Shown: piece by piece, positions 49,012 through 57,873 of the stretch
Layout of the letters: the number at the start of each line of letters is the position of its first letter
Numbering within the stretch: the stretch's first letter is position 1
Origin: Candidatus Binatia bacterium
GTDB lineage: Bacteria; Desulfobacterota; Binatia; Bin18
Direction: 5' to 3'
DNA: 64,000 nt
Assembly (NCBI GenBank): GCA_963664395.2
Contig: OY761159.2
Location: 1,568,001 to 1,632,000 of the forward strand
Position numbers and translations under genes: made by a program
The notes under the pieces: model-generated
What the model was told of the DNA's origin: nothing
The model's input: only the letters and a program-made list of their open reading frames with translations
Databases searched by the model: none

Positions 49012-49566
49012 ATGCAAGACGGCGATGTTCAATCAAGCCAGGAGCTTCTCAAAAAATTGAGAAGAAAAGCGGAACTTTGCCGATTTGCTCACTCGGAGTT
49101 AAAAGCAAAATATAGTAGGTGTCGAAGCCTGAAGGAATTTTCGGTTACTTTATTGTCTGTAGTTCTGGCAGGGCTAATCGGTTTTTATTATCGAAAAGTA
49201 TTGGAGGGTGATTTGATATTGTCGTTCATCTTCATCCTACCTCTTGCCACAACGCTAGTACAGGCGCTGGATTGCACTATATTTCAGTGGACACACAAAG
49301 TAGCCCGGCACGAGTCAGCAGTAGCAATTTGGGGAGATTGGATTAGAGAGGCAGATTTTCTTGAGAAGCGCATCCATCAGTATTCAAGTGATTTGGCGAA
49401 TGAAAAGATGCAGAATATACAAGAAAAATATAACGGTTGTATGGGTAATACAGAACAAATACCAAATAGCAAGTTCCTAATATACAAAAAGAAATTCAGA
49501 GCGTATGTGTTGAAATCCAAGGAAATTGATGAGATGTCCTTGGAAGATATAGATAGAGGGAAATAG
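49012..49566 (+). CDS. SLATT-like 2TM CBASS effector
   Basis: AH...Y preceding two TM helices (SVTLLSVVLAGLIGF; LILSFIFILPLATTLV), then W...H and a helical tail ending IP..KF. Confidence 0.7.
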   Translation: MQDGDVQSSQELLKKLRRKAELCRFAHSELKAKYSRCRSLKEFSVTLLSVVLAGLIGFYYRKVLEGDLILSFIFILPLATTLVQALDCTIFQWTHKVARHESAVAIWGDWIREADFLEKRIHQYSSDLANEKMQNIQEKYNGCMGNTEQIPNSKFLIYKKKFRAYVLKSKEIDEMSLEDIDRGK

Positions 49567-49577
49567 AGAGAAAAAAG

Positions 49578-50417
49578 TTGAAAGAGCGTAAAAAAAAGTT
49601 ACCTGCCGCACAAGAAGAAAGACTAGAGTTCGTTGAACTCCTTGCCTATTTCAACGGCACAGTGAGTCGCGATGAAATTATGAATAGATTTGGCATATCT
49701 GCGGCATCCGCTACCAATATATTGTCGAAGTATAGCCAAATGGCTCCTGAAAACCTCGGCTATAACGTACACCTCAAACGCTATGAGATTGGCAAATCTT
49801 TCAAGCCGGTTTTCAATGTTCGCATGTTGATCGAGCGTATCCCTGTGTACACCATGCCTCAGTTACACAAACCGGCTGACAACGATGTGATTGAAAGAAT
49901 CGCCCTAATATCAAGAGCCATTCAGAGAACACAATCACTGGCCATCACCTACTCTTCTGCTTCTAGTGGAAGAAGCACGCGGCAAATTGTCCCTGTTGCT
50001 TTTGCTGATAATTGGCTGCGGTGGCATTTACGTGCATACGATAGAAAACGAGAACAATATGTCGATTTTGTTTTCAGAAGAATTTTAGAAGTGCGCCCAA
50101 TTGAAGGTGATACGATACAGGGTCACGAACACCCGAAGAATGACAAACAATGGCATTCGTTTATTGACTTAAGAATAAAAGCACATCCACACAATCTGGC
50201 GGATGTCCAGGCTTTTACTATGGGTACTGATATTCATCGTGTGAGGATTCGTGCGGCTATGGCTGGATATTTTCTTCAGCTTTGGAACGTCGACTGTTCC
50301 CCAGATGCGAATCTAAAAGGGAAGGAATATCAGTATGTTTTGGCGAATGTGGCGGAAGTCGCTAAAGTAGCGGATTTAGGGTTAGCCCCCGGCTATAATG
50401 GTGAAATACAAAATTGA
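49578..50417 (+). CDS. capW: CapW-like wHTH-WYL-WCX transcriptional regulator
   Basis: ERLEFVELLAYFNGTVSRDEIMNRFGIS (wHTH), YSSASSG...RWHLRAYDR...DF...RI (WYL), RAAMAGYFLQLWNVDCS. Confidence 0.85.
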   Translation: MKERKKKLPAAQEERLEFVELLAYFNGTVSRDEIMNRFGISAASATNILSKYSQMAPENLGYNVHLKRYEIGKSFKPVFNVRMLIERIPVYTMPQLHKPADNDVIERIALISRAIQRTQSLAITYSSASSGRSTRQIVPVAFADNWLRWHLRAYDRKREQYVDFVFRRILEVRPIEGDTIQGHEHPKNDKQWHSFIDLRIKAHPHNLADVQAFTMGTDIHRVRIRAAMAGYFLQLWNVDCSPDANLKGKEYQYVLANVAEVAKVADLGLAPGYNGEIQN

Positions 50418-50611
50418 TACTTTGCCATGAGAGTCATTGTGAACAGTTTGTATGTACTCCTCAATTAGCTCCTGGGTCGTTGTGAGAGAACTGATTACAC
50501 AAAGGGACGCAACATCGCCGGCAACAAAGCCTCCACATCTTCCCCCACACTTCCCCGTAGTGTCTCAACTTGCTGAACCTGCCTCTGCAAGCGGTCGAAC
50601 CAGTGTTGCCG

Positions 50612-50835
50612 CGCGCCTTGGCCTCGACCACCGCAATCGGAAAGTCGGGCCGGTAGCGCAACAGGTAGTCGGCGCGTTTCTGCTGGCCGCGGCGGGCCGT
50701 GCGGCCGACGAAGAAGATGCGCCCGTCGGTAAGAGTGCGCTGCTCGTTAATAGCGTGTGGAGGGGTGTCCCAGCCGGCGGCCTGGAGTGTGGGCACAACA
50801 AATGTGCGGCAGGTGTCGGCTTCAGTCAGCACCAC
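50612..50835 (-). pseudogene. hsdR: N-terminal stub of a type I restriction endonuclease R subunit (EcoEI-like)
   Basis: TEADTCRTFVVPTLQAAGW...TDGRI...RADYLL...IAVVEAK; similarity stops after ~75 aa. Confidence 0.8.
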
Positions 50836-50880
50836 GGGCGCTCTTGCTGATGAGCGGGACGGTACGCCCGGAAACCGCGG

Positions 50881-52308
50881 CTAGGCGCGATAGGTGTGGC
50901 GTCCGCCCTGGCGTTCTTTGTTCAGCTTCTGATGCAAGTGCAGCCCTTCCAGGATGAACTCGGTTGCAGTGGAAATGAATCTGGGCTGGCCGGCAACGCC
51001 TAATACCGCCAGACTCTCCTGCATCCCTTGGATGTGTTGCACGCCTTCCAGGTATTCCTGAGACGGCATCATATCCGAAATTTCAACTCCCCCACCGTTC
51101 ACGAAATAGTCGATGACGGGCTTGAGATTTTCGATCTTGATATATTTGTCAAAAACTTTCTGGACGGCACGATTCACCAAACGCTCAATGAGGTCTCCAT
51201 CTTTCTGCTCTTCGCCCATGTATTCCAGCTCAATTTTTCCCGCAGTAGAGGGATAGAGCGCGTACAGGTCGCTGATGCGAGGCACCACATCGTGCTCGCC
51301 CAGGCGTACGGCTCGTTTCTCGGCATTACTGACCAGGCTCTCGAAGTTGTTGATCGTCATGCGGACACTCACCCCGGAGGATTGATTGATTTCGTTTGAG
51401 CCGCGCGCCTCCATGGTGAGTTGGGCACATATCTCTTTCATGAACCGTGGGGTGTCAACCACGAGGCCGTCATACGCGAAGCGGGCCGCTTCCTGCTCCA
51501 TAATGGAGATTTCTTCCTCAAGAGAGCGCGGGTAGTGGGTGCGAATTTGGACGTCAAAACGATCTTTCAGCGGAGTGATGATGCGCCCCCGACTCGTATA
51601 GTCTTCAGGATTCGCACTCGCCACAATAATGACATCGAGCGGCAGACGGACCTTGAAGCCTTTGACCTGAAAGTCTTGTTCTTCCATGAGATTGAACAGG
51701 CTAACCTGCACTTTCTCAGTCAGGTCGGGCAATTCGTTGACCGCGAAGATGCCGCGGTTCGTCCTGGGGATCAAACCGTAGTGGATGGTCTCCTCATCGG
51801 CCAGATAGCGCCCTTCGGCAACTTTAATCGGATCAACCTCACCGATGAGGTCGGCAACGGACACATCCGGCGTAGCCAGCTTCTCGGCATAGCGCTCGTC
51901 GCGTGACAGCCAGCTGACTTCAAGCGCCTCGCCGCGTTCTTCGGCGAGGCGACGCGCTTGTGGAGAGATAGGCGCCAGGGGATTCTCCGGAATTTCACTA
52001 TCACGAATAGTCGGCACATAGTCGTCCAGAAAGACTGTCAAGCCACGAATCACACGCGATTTTGCCTGCCCGCGCTCACCCAGAAAGACGATGTGATGCC
52101 CAGCCAGAACAGCATTTTCGATCTCTGGAATAACTGTCTCATCATAACCGATAATGCCAGGGAGCAAATTCCCCCCCACGGAGAGCCTACGGATCAAATT
52201 CGCCCGCATCTCTTCTCGCACGGAAAGCACTTGATAATCTACTTTCTTGAGGTCACCAACCGTCTGGACTTCACGACGGAGCGTTTCAGTTGGAATCGTC
52301 TGGTGCAC
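50881..52308 (-). CDS. Mg-chelatase/MoxR-like AAA+ ATPase
   Basis: LGERGQAKSR, EKLATPD, RGIFAVNELPDL, SANPEDYTSRGRIITPLKDRF. Confidence 0.9.
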   Translation of the reverse strand: MHQTIPTETLRREVQTVGDLKKVDYQVLSVREEMRANLIRRLSVGGNLLPGIIGYDETVIPEIENAVLAGHHIVFLGERGQAKSRVIRGLTVFLDDYVPTIRDSEIPENPLAPISPQARRLAEERGEALEVSWLSRDERYAEKLATPDVSVADLIGEVDPIKVAEGRYLADEETIHYGLIPRTNRGIFAVNELPDLTEKVQVSLFNLMEEQDFQVKGFKVRLPLDVIIVASANPEDYTSRGRIITPLKDRFDVQIRTHYPRSLEEEISIMEQEAARFAYDGLVVDTPRFMKEICAQLTMEARGSNEINQSSGVSVRMTINNFESLVSNAEKRAVRLGEHDVVPRISDLYALYPSTAGKIELEYMGEEQKDGDLIERLVNRAVQKVFDKYIKIENLKPVIDYFVNGGGVEISDMMPSQEYLEGVQHIQGMQESLAVLGVAGQPRFISTATEFILEGLHLHQKLNKERQGGRHTYRA

Positions 52309-52592
52309 AATACTGCCTGCCTTTATTCAGAATTTCCGGTCCGTATCAAGATTTTCTATCGGGCTATTCGGAATGGAGCGCGGCCAAGGAAGTAAAGAGA
52401 AAGATGGGGACAGGGCCGCCGCGATTTGTCTCCTTCTACTGGGAGCGCGGGCAGCCTGCCCGCGAACGGGGCGCGACCGGATGGGCGGGAGGCCTGAAAC
52501 CTGTCGCGTACGTAACGGAGAGGGGCGGGAGCCGTCGCGTCGCCGGCATCCGGTGCTTTCCCAACATCCACAGCACTCCTGACACATGCGCC

Positions 52593-52934
52593 TCAATCTC
52601 GTCCGCCCGCGCCAGCTGTTTCAGGCTCGGTCTCCGGTTCGACCGCCTCAAGAGGCTGGCTGTCAACGCGGAGACGCAACTCTTTGCCGACCTTGAAAAG
52701 CGGAACTTTTTTTGCCGCAACGGCGACCACTTCCCCAGTTCTCGGGTTGCGCCCTTCCCGAGCAGGACGATGTTTGACAATAAAACTGCCGAATCCACGG
52801 ATTTCAATCCGCTCCGGCCTGGCCAGGGCCTCGGTCATACTGTCGAATACCGTATTGACCATGACCTCGGCATCCCGGCGTGAAAAACGAGGATAGCGCT
52901 GGGCGATTTCCTCAATCAAGTCTCTTTTCGTCAC
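52593..52934 (-). CDS. ihfB: Integration host factor beta
   Basis: RIEIRGFGSF, GRNPRTGE, FKVGKELR; downstream of rpsA. Confidence 0.92.
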   Translation of the reverse strand: MTKRDLIEEIAQRYPRFSRRDAEVMVNTVFDSMTEALARPERIEIRGFGSFIVKHRPAREGRNPRTGEVVAVAAKKVPLFKVGKELRLRVDSQPLEAVEPETEPETAGAGGRD

Positions 52935-52961
52935 GTTGCTATCCTCTCCAGCAGGAAAGCC

Positions 52962-54845
52962 TTATGATTTCTGTTGGTCGCCGTCATCCCGATCAAGACG
53001 CAACTCTTCTCCCAAGATATCTTCAAAGGAGAACCGCGATCCGTCTCGTTCGCGCTGGAGATATGCCTCCATTTCCACTCGTTCTTCACTGCGTCGTAAT
53101 GCCTTTACACTCAGCCCCATTTTGTGTTCACGGGGATCAATATGGATCACCTCGGCCTCGACCTCGTTGCCGACCTCAAAAAGCGACGAGGGTTTCTCCA
53201 CTCGCTCCGTTGAGAGTTGAGAGATGTGAACCAGCCCCTCAATTCCGTCTGCAATTTCCACAAATACTCCAAAGTCTGTCACGCTCGTTACTTTTCCGTT
53301 GACCCGACTCCCCACAGGATGTTCTTGTTGGAGGGTGACCCAGGGATCGGCGCTTGATTGTTTAATACCGAGCGAGATTCGCTCGTTGTCGATATCAATG
53401 CCGAGAATAACGGCGTCAACCTCATCTCCCTTTTTGAACAGATCTGAAGGATGCTTAATTTTTCGGGTCCAATGCAGATCCGAGATATGCGCCAGACCGT
53501 CAATCCCTTCCTCAACCTCAATAAATACGCCAAAATCAGTAATACTTTTGACTTTGCCGTGGATGCGGCTGCCCACCGGGTGGGTGGCGCGTACAGTCTC
53601 CCACGGATTAGGAGAGACCTGTTTGAGCCCTAACGATATGCGACGGTGGGCGGGGTCAAGATCGAGTACCATGACTTCGACCTCATCTCCAACGGAGAGC
53701 AGTTTCGAGGGGTGAGAAATCCGCTTTGTCCACGACATTTCAGAGACGTGCAACAGGCCCTCCACTCCCTGCTCCAGTTCCACAAAGGCCCCGTAATCGG
53801 CCAAGCTCACGATCTTGCCGTGCACCCGACTGCCGGGCAGGTAGCGTTCTGTGACCGACCCCCACGGGTCGGGGGCGAGTTGTTTCAGTCCAAGTGAAAC
53901 ACGCTCCTTTTCCACATCAAACTTGAGGACAACGACCTGAATCGTCTCCCCAGCCTTGATCATCTCAGAAGGGTGACCGATCCGTCCCCAAGACATATCG
54001 GTGATATGCAGGAGACCATCCAGCCCCCCCAGGTCAACAAAGGCCCCGTAATCAGTGATATTTTTGACCATCCCCTCAAGGATGACACCTTCATCGAGAA
54101 CCTTGAGCGTCTCTCCCCGAAGCGAGGTACGTTCTTGCTCCAGCACTGCCCGTCGCGACACGACCACATTGGAGCGGGCACGATTGTATTTGAGGATGAC
54201 AAACTTACCGGTTTTCCCCAGGAATTGATCCAGGTCTCGGATGGGACGAATGTCAACATGAGAGCCAGGTAAAAACGCGGTCACCCCAATGTCGACGCGC
54301 AATCCGCCTTTGACTTTTCCAACGATTGAACCCTCGACTGGAGTATGACTGTTGAACGCCTCTTCGATGTCTCGCCAAATACGGAATTGTTCCGCTTTCG
54401 CTCGTGATAGAATGATCCCCTCTTGATCAGAGTCAGCCGAGTCGAAATAGACCTCTATTTCATCTCCTTCATTGACCGTTATCTGGCCATCACGCTGGCG
54501 AAATTCAGCCAGAGGAATATGTCCTTCTGATTTATAGCCGATATCAATTGTGACAAATTCCGGTCCGATATTCACCACACGCCCACCGACGATCTCACCC
54601 GGTTGAACCGAGCGCATGCTTTCTTCAAACATTTGGCCAAAGTCTTCTCCACCGCCTTTTCCCGGCTGGGCTGGTGCCGCCGGCGGGGTCTCACTGCCAG
54701 CCTCTACCGTCTCTGCCGGCTGGCTCTCGTGTGACGCTTGGCTCTCATTGTCAACGCTGCTTGTTTGGGCTTGCTCTGTGACCTCGCTGTGAGTTGGCGT
54801 GGTTTCTTCAACGTTGTTGTGTTCGTTATGTTCGTTATGTTCCAT
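52962..54845 (-). CDS. rpsA: 30S ribosomal protein S1
   Basis: Tandem S1 domains (DIGYKSEG, DYGAFVDLGG, DGLLHITDMSW). Confidence 0.97.
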   Translation of the reverse strand: MEHNEHNEHNNVEETTPTHSEVTEQAQTSSVDNESQASHESQPAETVEAGSETPPAAPAQPGKGGGEDFGQMFEESMRSVQPGEIVGGRVVNIGPEFVTIDIGYKSEGHIPLAEFRQRDGQITVNEGDEIEVYFDSADSDQEGIILSRAKAEQFRIWRDIEEAFNSHTPVEGSIVGKVKGGLRVDIGVTAFLPGSHVDIRPIRDLDQFLGKTGKFVILKYNRARSNVVVSRRAVLEQERTSLRGETLKVLDEGVILEGMVKNITDYGAFVDLGGLDGLLHITDMSWGRIGHPSEMIKAGETIQVVVLKFDVEKERVSLGLKQLAPDPWGSVTERYLPGSRVHGKIVSLADYGAFVELEQGVEGLLHVSEMSWTKRISHPSKLLSVGDEVEVMVLDLDPAHRRISLGLKQVSPNPWETVRATHPVGSRIHGKVKSITDFGVFIEVEEGIDGLAHISDLHWTRKIKHPSDLFKKGDEVDAVILGIDIDNERISLGIKQSSADPWVTLQQEHPVGSRVNGKVTSVTDFGVFVEIADGIEGLVHISQLSTERVEKPSSLFEVGNEVEAEVIHIDPREHKMGLSVKALRRSEERVEMEAYLQRERDGSRFSFEDILGEELRLDRDDGDQQKS

Positions 54846-54919
54846 AGTTATGGTTTACCCCCCTACGAAGCTCCCGTACCTTGCCACTGCATACTCCCCT
54901 CTCGGCTCGGTTGCAAGAG

Positions 54920-55633
54920 CTACGAGCCCGACTTTTCCTTTTTGCTTTCAATACTTGCATGGGCGCGGACTAATCCGGCCATACTGTCAACTACTTCAGC
55001 CTGGGTCAATGTGGTGGTATCGATACGCACGGCATCAGCCGCAGGTCGGAGGGGGGCATGAGCGCGTTCGCTGTCACGTCGGTCTCGCTCAGCCATCTCT
55101 TGGCGTGTCTGCTCAAGCGAAATATTGGCCGCCTCCCGTTGTTGCAGCTCAGCATAGCGCCGTCGACTCCGTTCTTCGATCGAGGCATCCAGAAATATCT
55201 TTATATCGGCATTCGGAAAAACAACCGTCCCAATATCGCGCCCGTCAAGGATTGCCGCTCCGCTCCCTCCGAGCCGACGTTGAAGCCCGAGAAGAGCGTG
55301 GCGGACACGCGGCTGAGCTGAGACTTTTGAGGCCATCTGACTCATTTCCGGGCGACGGATATCGGCCGTAACATCCCGACTTCCCAAAAGAATATGGGTT
55401 TCCGAGAGTACAATATCCGCGGTATCACATAACGCCGCCAGTCGCTCGCCGTCGTCAGGACTCACGCCCTGCTCCCAGGCGAGTAAGCCAATAGTCCGGT
55501 AGAGCGCCCCAGTATCAATATAGCGATAGCCGAGCCGTTCGGCCAAAAGACGGCTGACCGTACTCTTGCCTGCGCCGGCCGGACCATCGATAGCGATGAT
55601 GAGGCCCTTCTTCCCCTTCTTCGTCTCCGGCAT
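54920..55633 (-). CDS. cmk: Cytidylate kinase
   Basis: IAIDGPAGAGKST, DTGALYR, DGRDIGTVVFP. Confidence 0.96.
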   Translation of the reverse strand: MPETKKGKKGLIIAIDGPAGAGKSTVSRLLAERLGYRYIDTGALYRTIGLLAWEQGVSPDDGERLAALCDTADIVLSETHILLGSRDVTADIRRPEMSQMASKVSAQPRVRHALLGLQRRLGGSGAAILDGRDIGTVVFPNADIKIFLDASIEERSRRRYAELQQREAANISLEQTRQEMAERDRRDSERAHAPLRPAADAVRIDTTTLTQAEVVDSMAGLVRAHASIESKKEKSGS

Positions 55634-56958
55634 CAAACTGTCCCCAGATGGACTCCGGTCACCTCTTGTACCATGCGGTAATATCCGGGAAAGGAAATAG
55701 CAATGCACTCCGACTCTTCGACCACGACGCCCTCGTCTGAGCCGAGTCCGGCCACACTCAGCGCCATGGCGATGCGGTGGTCCCCCTGGCTGTGGACCGT
55801 TCCGCCCCACACGCGCGCCTGCCCGACGATCACCAGCCCATCCGGCAGTTCTTCAACCGTCACCCCGAGGGCAGCTAATGCGGCTGCCAGAGCGTGAATG
55901 CGATCGCTCTCTTTGACGCGGAGTTCCCCGGCCCCGCGAATGACGGATGTACCTTGGGCAAACGCCATGGCCACGGCAAGCAGCGGCAGTTCATCAATGG
56001 CTCGGACAACAAGCGCGCCGTCAATTTCTATCCCGCGCAAGGGGCTTGAGCGGACCACAATGTCCCCGCTGGGCTCCCCGCAGACGTCTCGTGCATTGTG
56101 TATCTCGATCCGTGCCCCCATGGCTCGAAAGATATCCACTATCCCCGTCCGGGTTGGATTAAGTCCAATATCGCGGATACACAACTCCGAGTGAGGCAGC
56201 AGGAGTGCTGCCCCGATAAAAAAGGCCGCAGAAGAGAAGTCACCGGGAACACTCACATCCTGGGCATGCAGCGGCGTCCCGCCTTCAATCGACACGGTTC
56301 GCCCCCGCACCTCAAGCCGCCCCCCGAATGCGGGTAACAGGCGCTCGGTATGATCACGGGAACGTTCAGGCTCTATGACCGTCGTCCGCCCGTTGGCGCG
56401 CAGACCAGCCAACAGGATGGCCGATTTGACTTGGGCGCTGGCCACCGGACTCTCATACGTAATACCGGTCAGTGTCCCGGCCCGGCCTGTAATCCGTAAA
56501 GGCGCACAGTGCTGTCCGCCTTCACTTTCAATCGCGGCGCCCATCAGCCGCAATGGCTCAATCACCCGCCCCATGGGGCGCCGCCGGAGCGACGCATCCC
56601 CGTCCAGACGGGACGCAAAGGAGCAACCGGCCAGGATACCGGAAAGCAGGCGCATCGTGGTTCCGGAATTCCCACAATCTATGCTGGCGTCAGCAGCGGT
56701 AGGCGGGTGTAGATGATCCCAGCCGGGGCTGCTCACGCTAACCGTTGTGTCCTGTTGTGCGATGTCAACTCCCAGCAATTGAACGGCCTGGAGCGTCCGC
56801 AGATTATCCTCGCCAAGCGAACAACCCCGGATGCAGCTTGCTCCTTTGGCCAAGGCCGCAAACAGCACGGCGCGGTGGCTGATGGACTTATCGCCCGGCA
56901 GGCGGACCTCGCCCCGTATTCCGTGAGGAGCGGGCGGGATCGTTACCGACGTACTCAT
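55633..56958 (-). CDS. aroA: EPSP synthase
   Basis: PGDKSISHRA, CGNSGTTMRL, SAQVKSA, ELRVKESDR, DHRIAM. Confidence 0.97.
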   Translation of the reverse strand: MSTSVTIPPAPHGIRGEVRLPGDKSISHRAVLFAALAKGASCIRGCSLGEDNLRTLQAVQLLGVDIAQQDTTVSVSSPGWDHLHPPTAADASIDCGNSGTTMRLLSGILAGCSFASRLDGDASLRRRPMGRVIEPLRLMGAAIESEGGQHCAPLRITGRAGTLTGITYESPVASAQVKSAILLAGLRANGRTTVIEPERSRDHTERLLPAFGGRLEVRGRTVSIEGGTPLHAQDVSVPGDFSSAAFFIGAALLLPHSELCIRDIGLNPTRTGIVDIFRAMGARIEIHNARDVCGEPSGDIVVRSSPLRGIEIDGALVVRAIDELPLLAVAMAFAQGTSVIRGAGELRVKESDRIHALAAALAALGVTVEELPDGLVIVGQARVWGGTVHSQGDHRIAMALSVAGLGSDEGVVVEESECIAISFPGYYRMVQEVTGVHLGTV

Positions 56959-57857
56959 TTCCCCTCTCGCAGACGAGTGAGGCGCTGACGTTCTTGGCGC
57001 GCCCGCGCAATATCCGCTGAGAGTGTTTTCCCGTCCCCCTCAGCCAGCGCGACTTTCATCTGAGCCAGCGCGGCTTCAAAACTGGAAATAGCAGACAGCA
57101 ACGCCTCACGATTCTCAAGACAGATATCACGCCACATCTCTACCGGACTCGCCGCCACCCGAGTCAGGTCAGCAAACGCACTGCCCGCATACACAAGCGG
57201 ATCAAGCTGTTCTGACGGTGACCGGGTCGAGTGCGGAAACGCCTGCAGGAGTCCATTTATTACACTAAACGCGATGAGATGGGGCAAGTGGCTCACCTGG
57301 GCGAGGATGCTATCGTGGACCTCAGCATCCATCTCTTCGACGCGCATACCCACGCCTTCCCACAAGGCCCGGACCCGCGCCAGCGCGTGAGCGTCGGTCT
57401 TGTCGGTAGGCGTCAACACACATAAACGTCCCTCAAAGAGCGTTGCAAAGGCGGCCTCAGCCCCGGCGTTCTCGGTCCCGGCGATAGGATGCGCGGCCAC
57501 ACAGGGCAGCGAGGCGGGGACAAGAGCTTCGAGCGCGGCCACCACAGGCGCTTTGACACTGCCCGCATCCGTCACAATACAGCCTGGCGGGAGATAGGGT
57601 ATAAACTGCTGCATGACCGGCCCGGTCGCCTGAACCGGAACAGCCAGCAGGACGCCGTCGGTTCCCTGGGCCGCTTCGGCCGGATCAAACGTATAGGAAT
57701 CAATGAGGCCGCGGTCGAGCGCAATTTTCAGATTGGCTTCGGTCCGCCCAAAGCCTACCACCTCTTCAACCAGGCCTCGCGCTTTGGCCGCCAGTCCGAG
57801 CGAACCGCCAATCAGACCAACCCCGACGATAAGAAGACGATGAAATAAAAGTGGCAT
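56955..57857 (-). CDS. tyrA: Prephenate/arogenate dehydrogenase
   Basis: GVGLIGGS, DAGSVK, HPIAGTE, SHLPH. Confidence 0.94.
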   Translation of the reverse strand: MPLLFHRLLIVGVGLIGGSLGLAAKARGLVEEVVGFGRTEANLKIALDRGLIDSYTFDPAEAAQGTDGVLLAVPVQATGPVMQQFIPYLPPGCIVTDAGSVKAPVVAALEALVPASLPCVAAHPIAGTENAGAEAAFATLFEGRLCVLTPTDKTDAHALARVRALWEGVGMRVEEMDAEVHDSILAQVSHLPHLIAFSVINGLLQAFPHSTRSPSEQLDPLVYAGSAFADLTRVAASPVEMWRDICLENREALLSAISSFEAALAQMKVALAEGDGKTLSADIARARQERQRLTRLREGK

Positions 57858-57873
57858 AGTGTATGCGGTCCGC

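Noticed and set aside
43191-50880. Integron cassette array or prophage
   Set aside because: No attC-like RYYYAAC...GTTRRRY sites found by eye, genes are in mixed orientation and in operons, and there are no phage or integrase genes.
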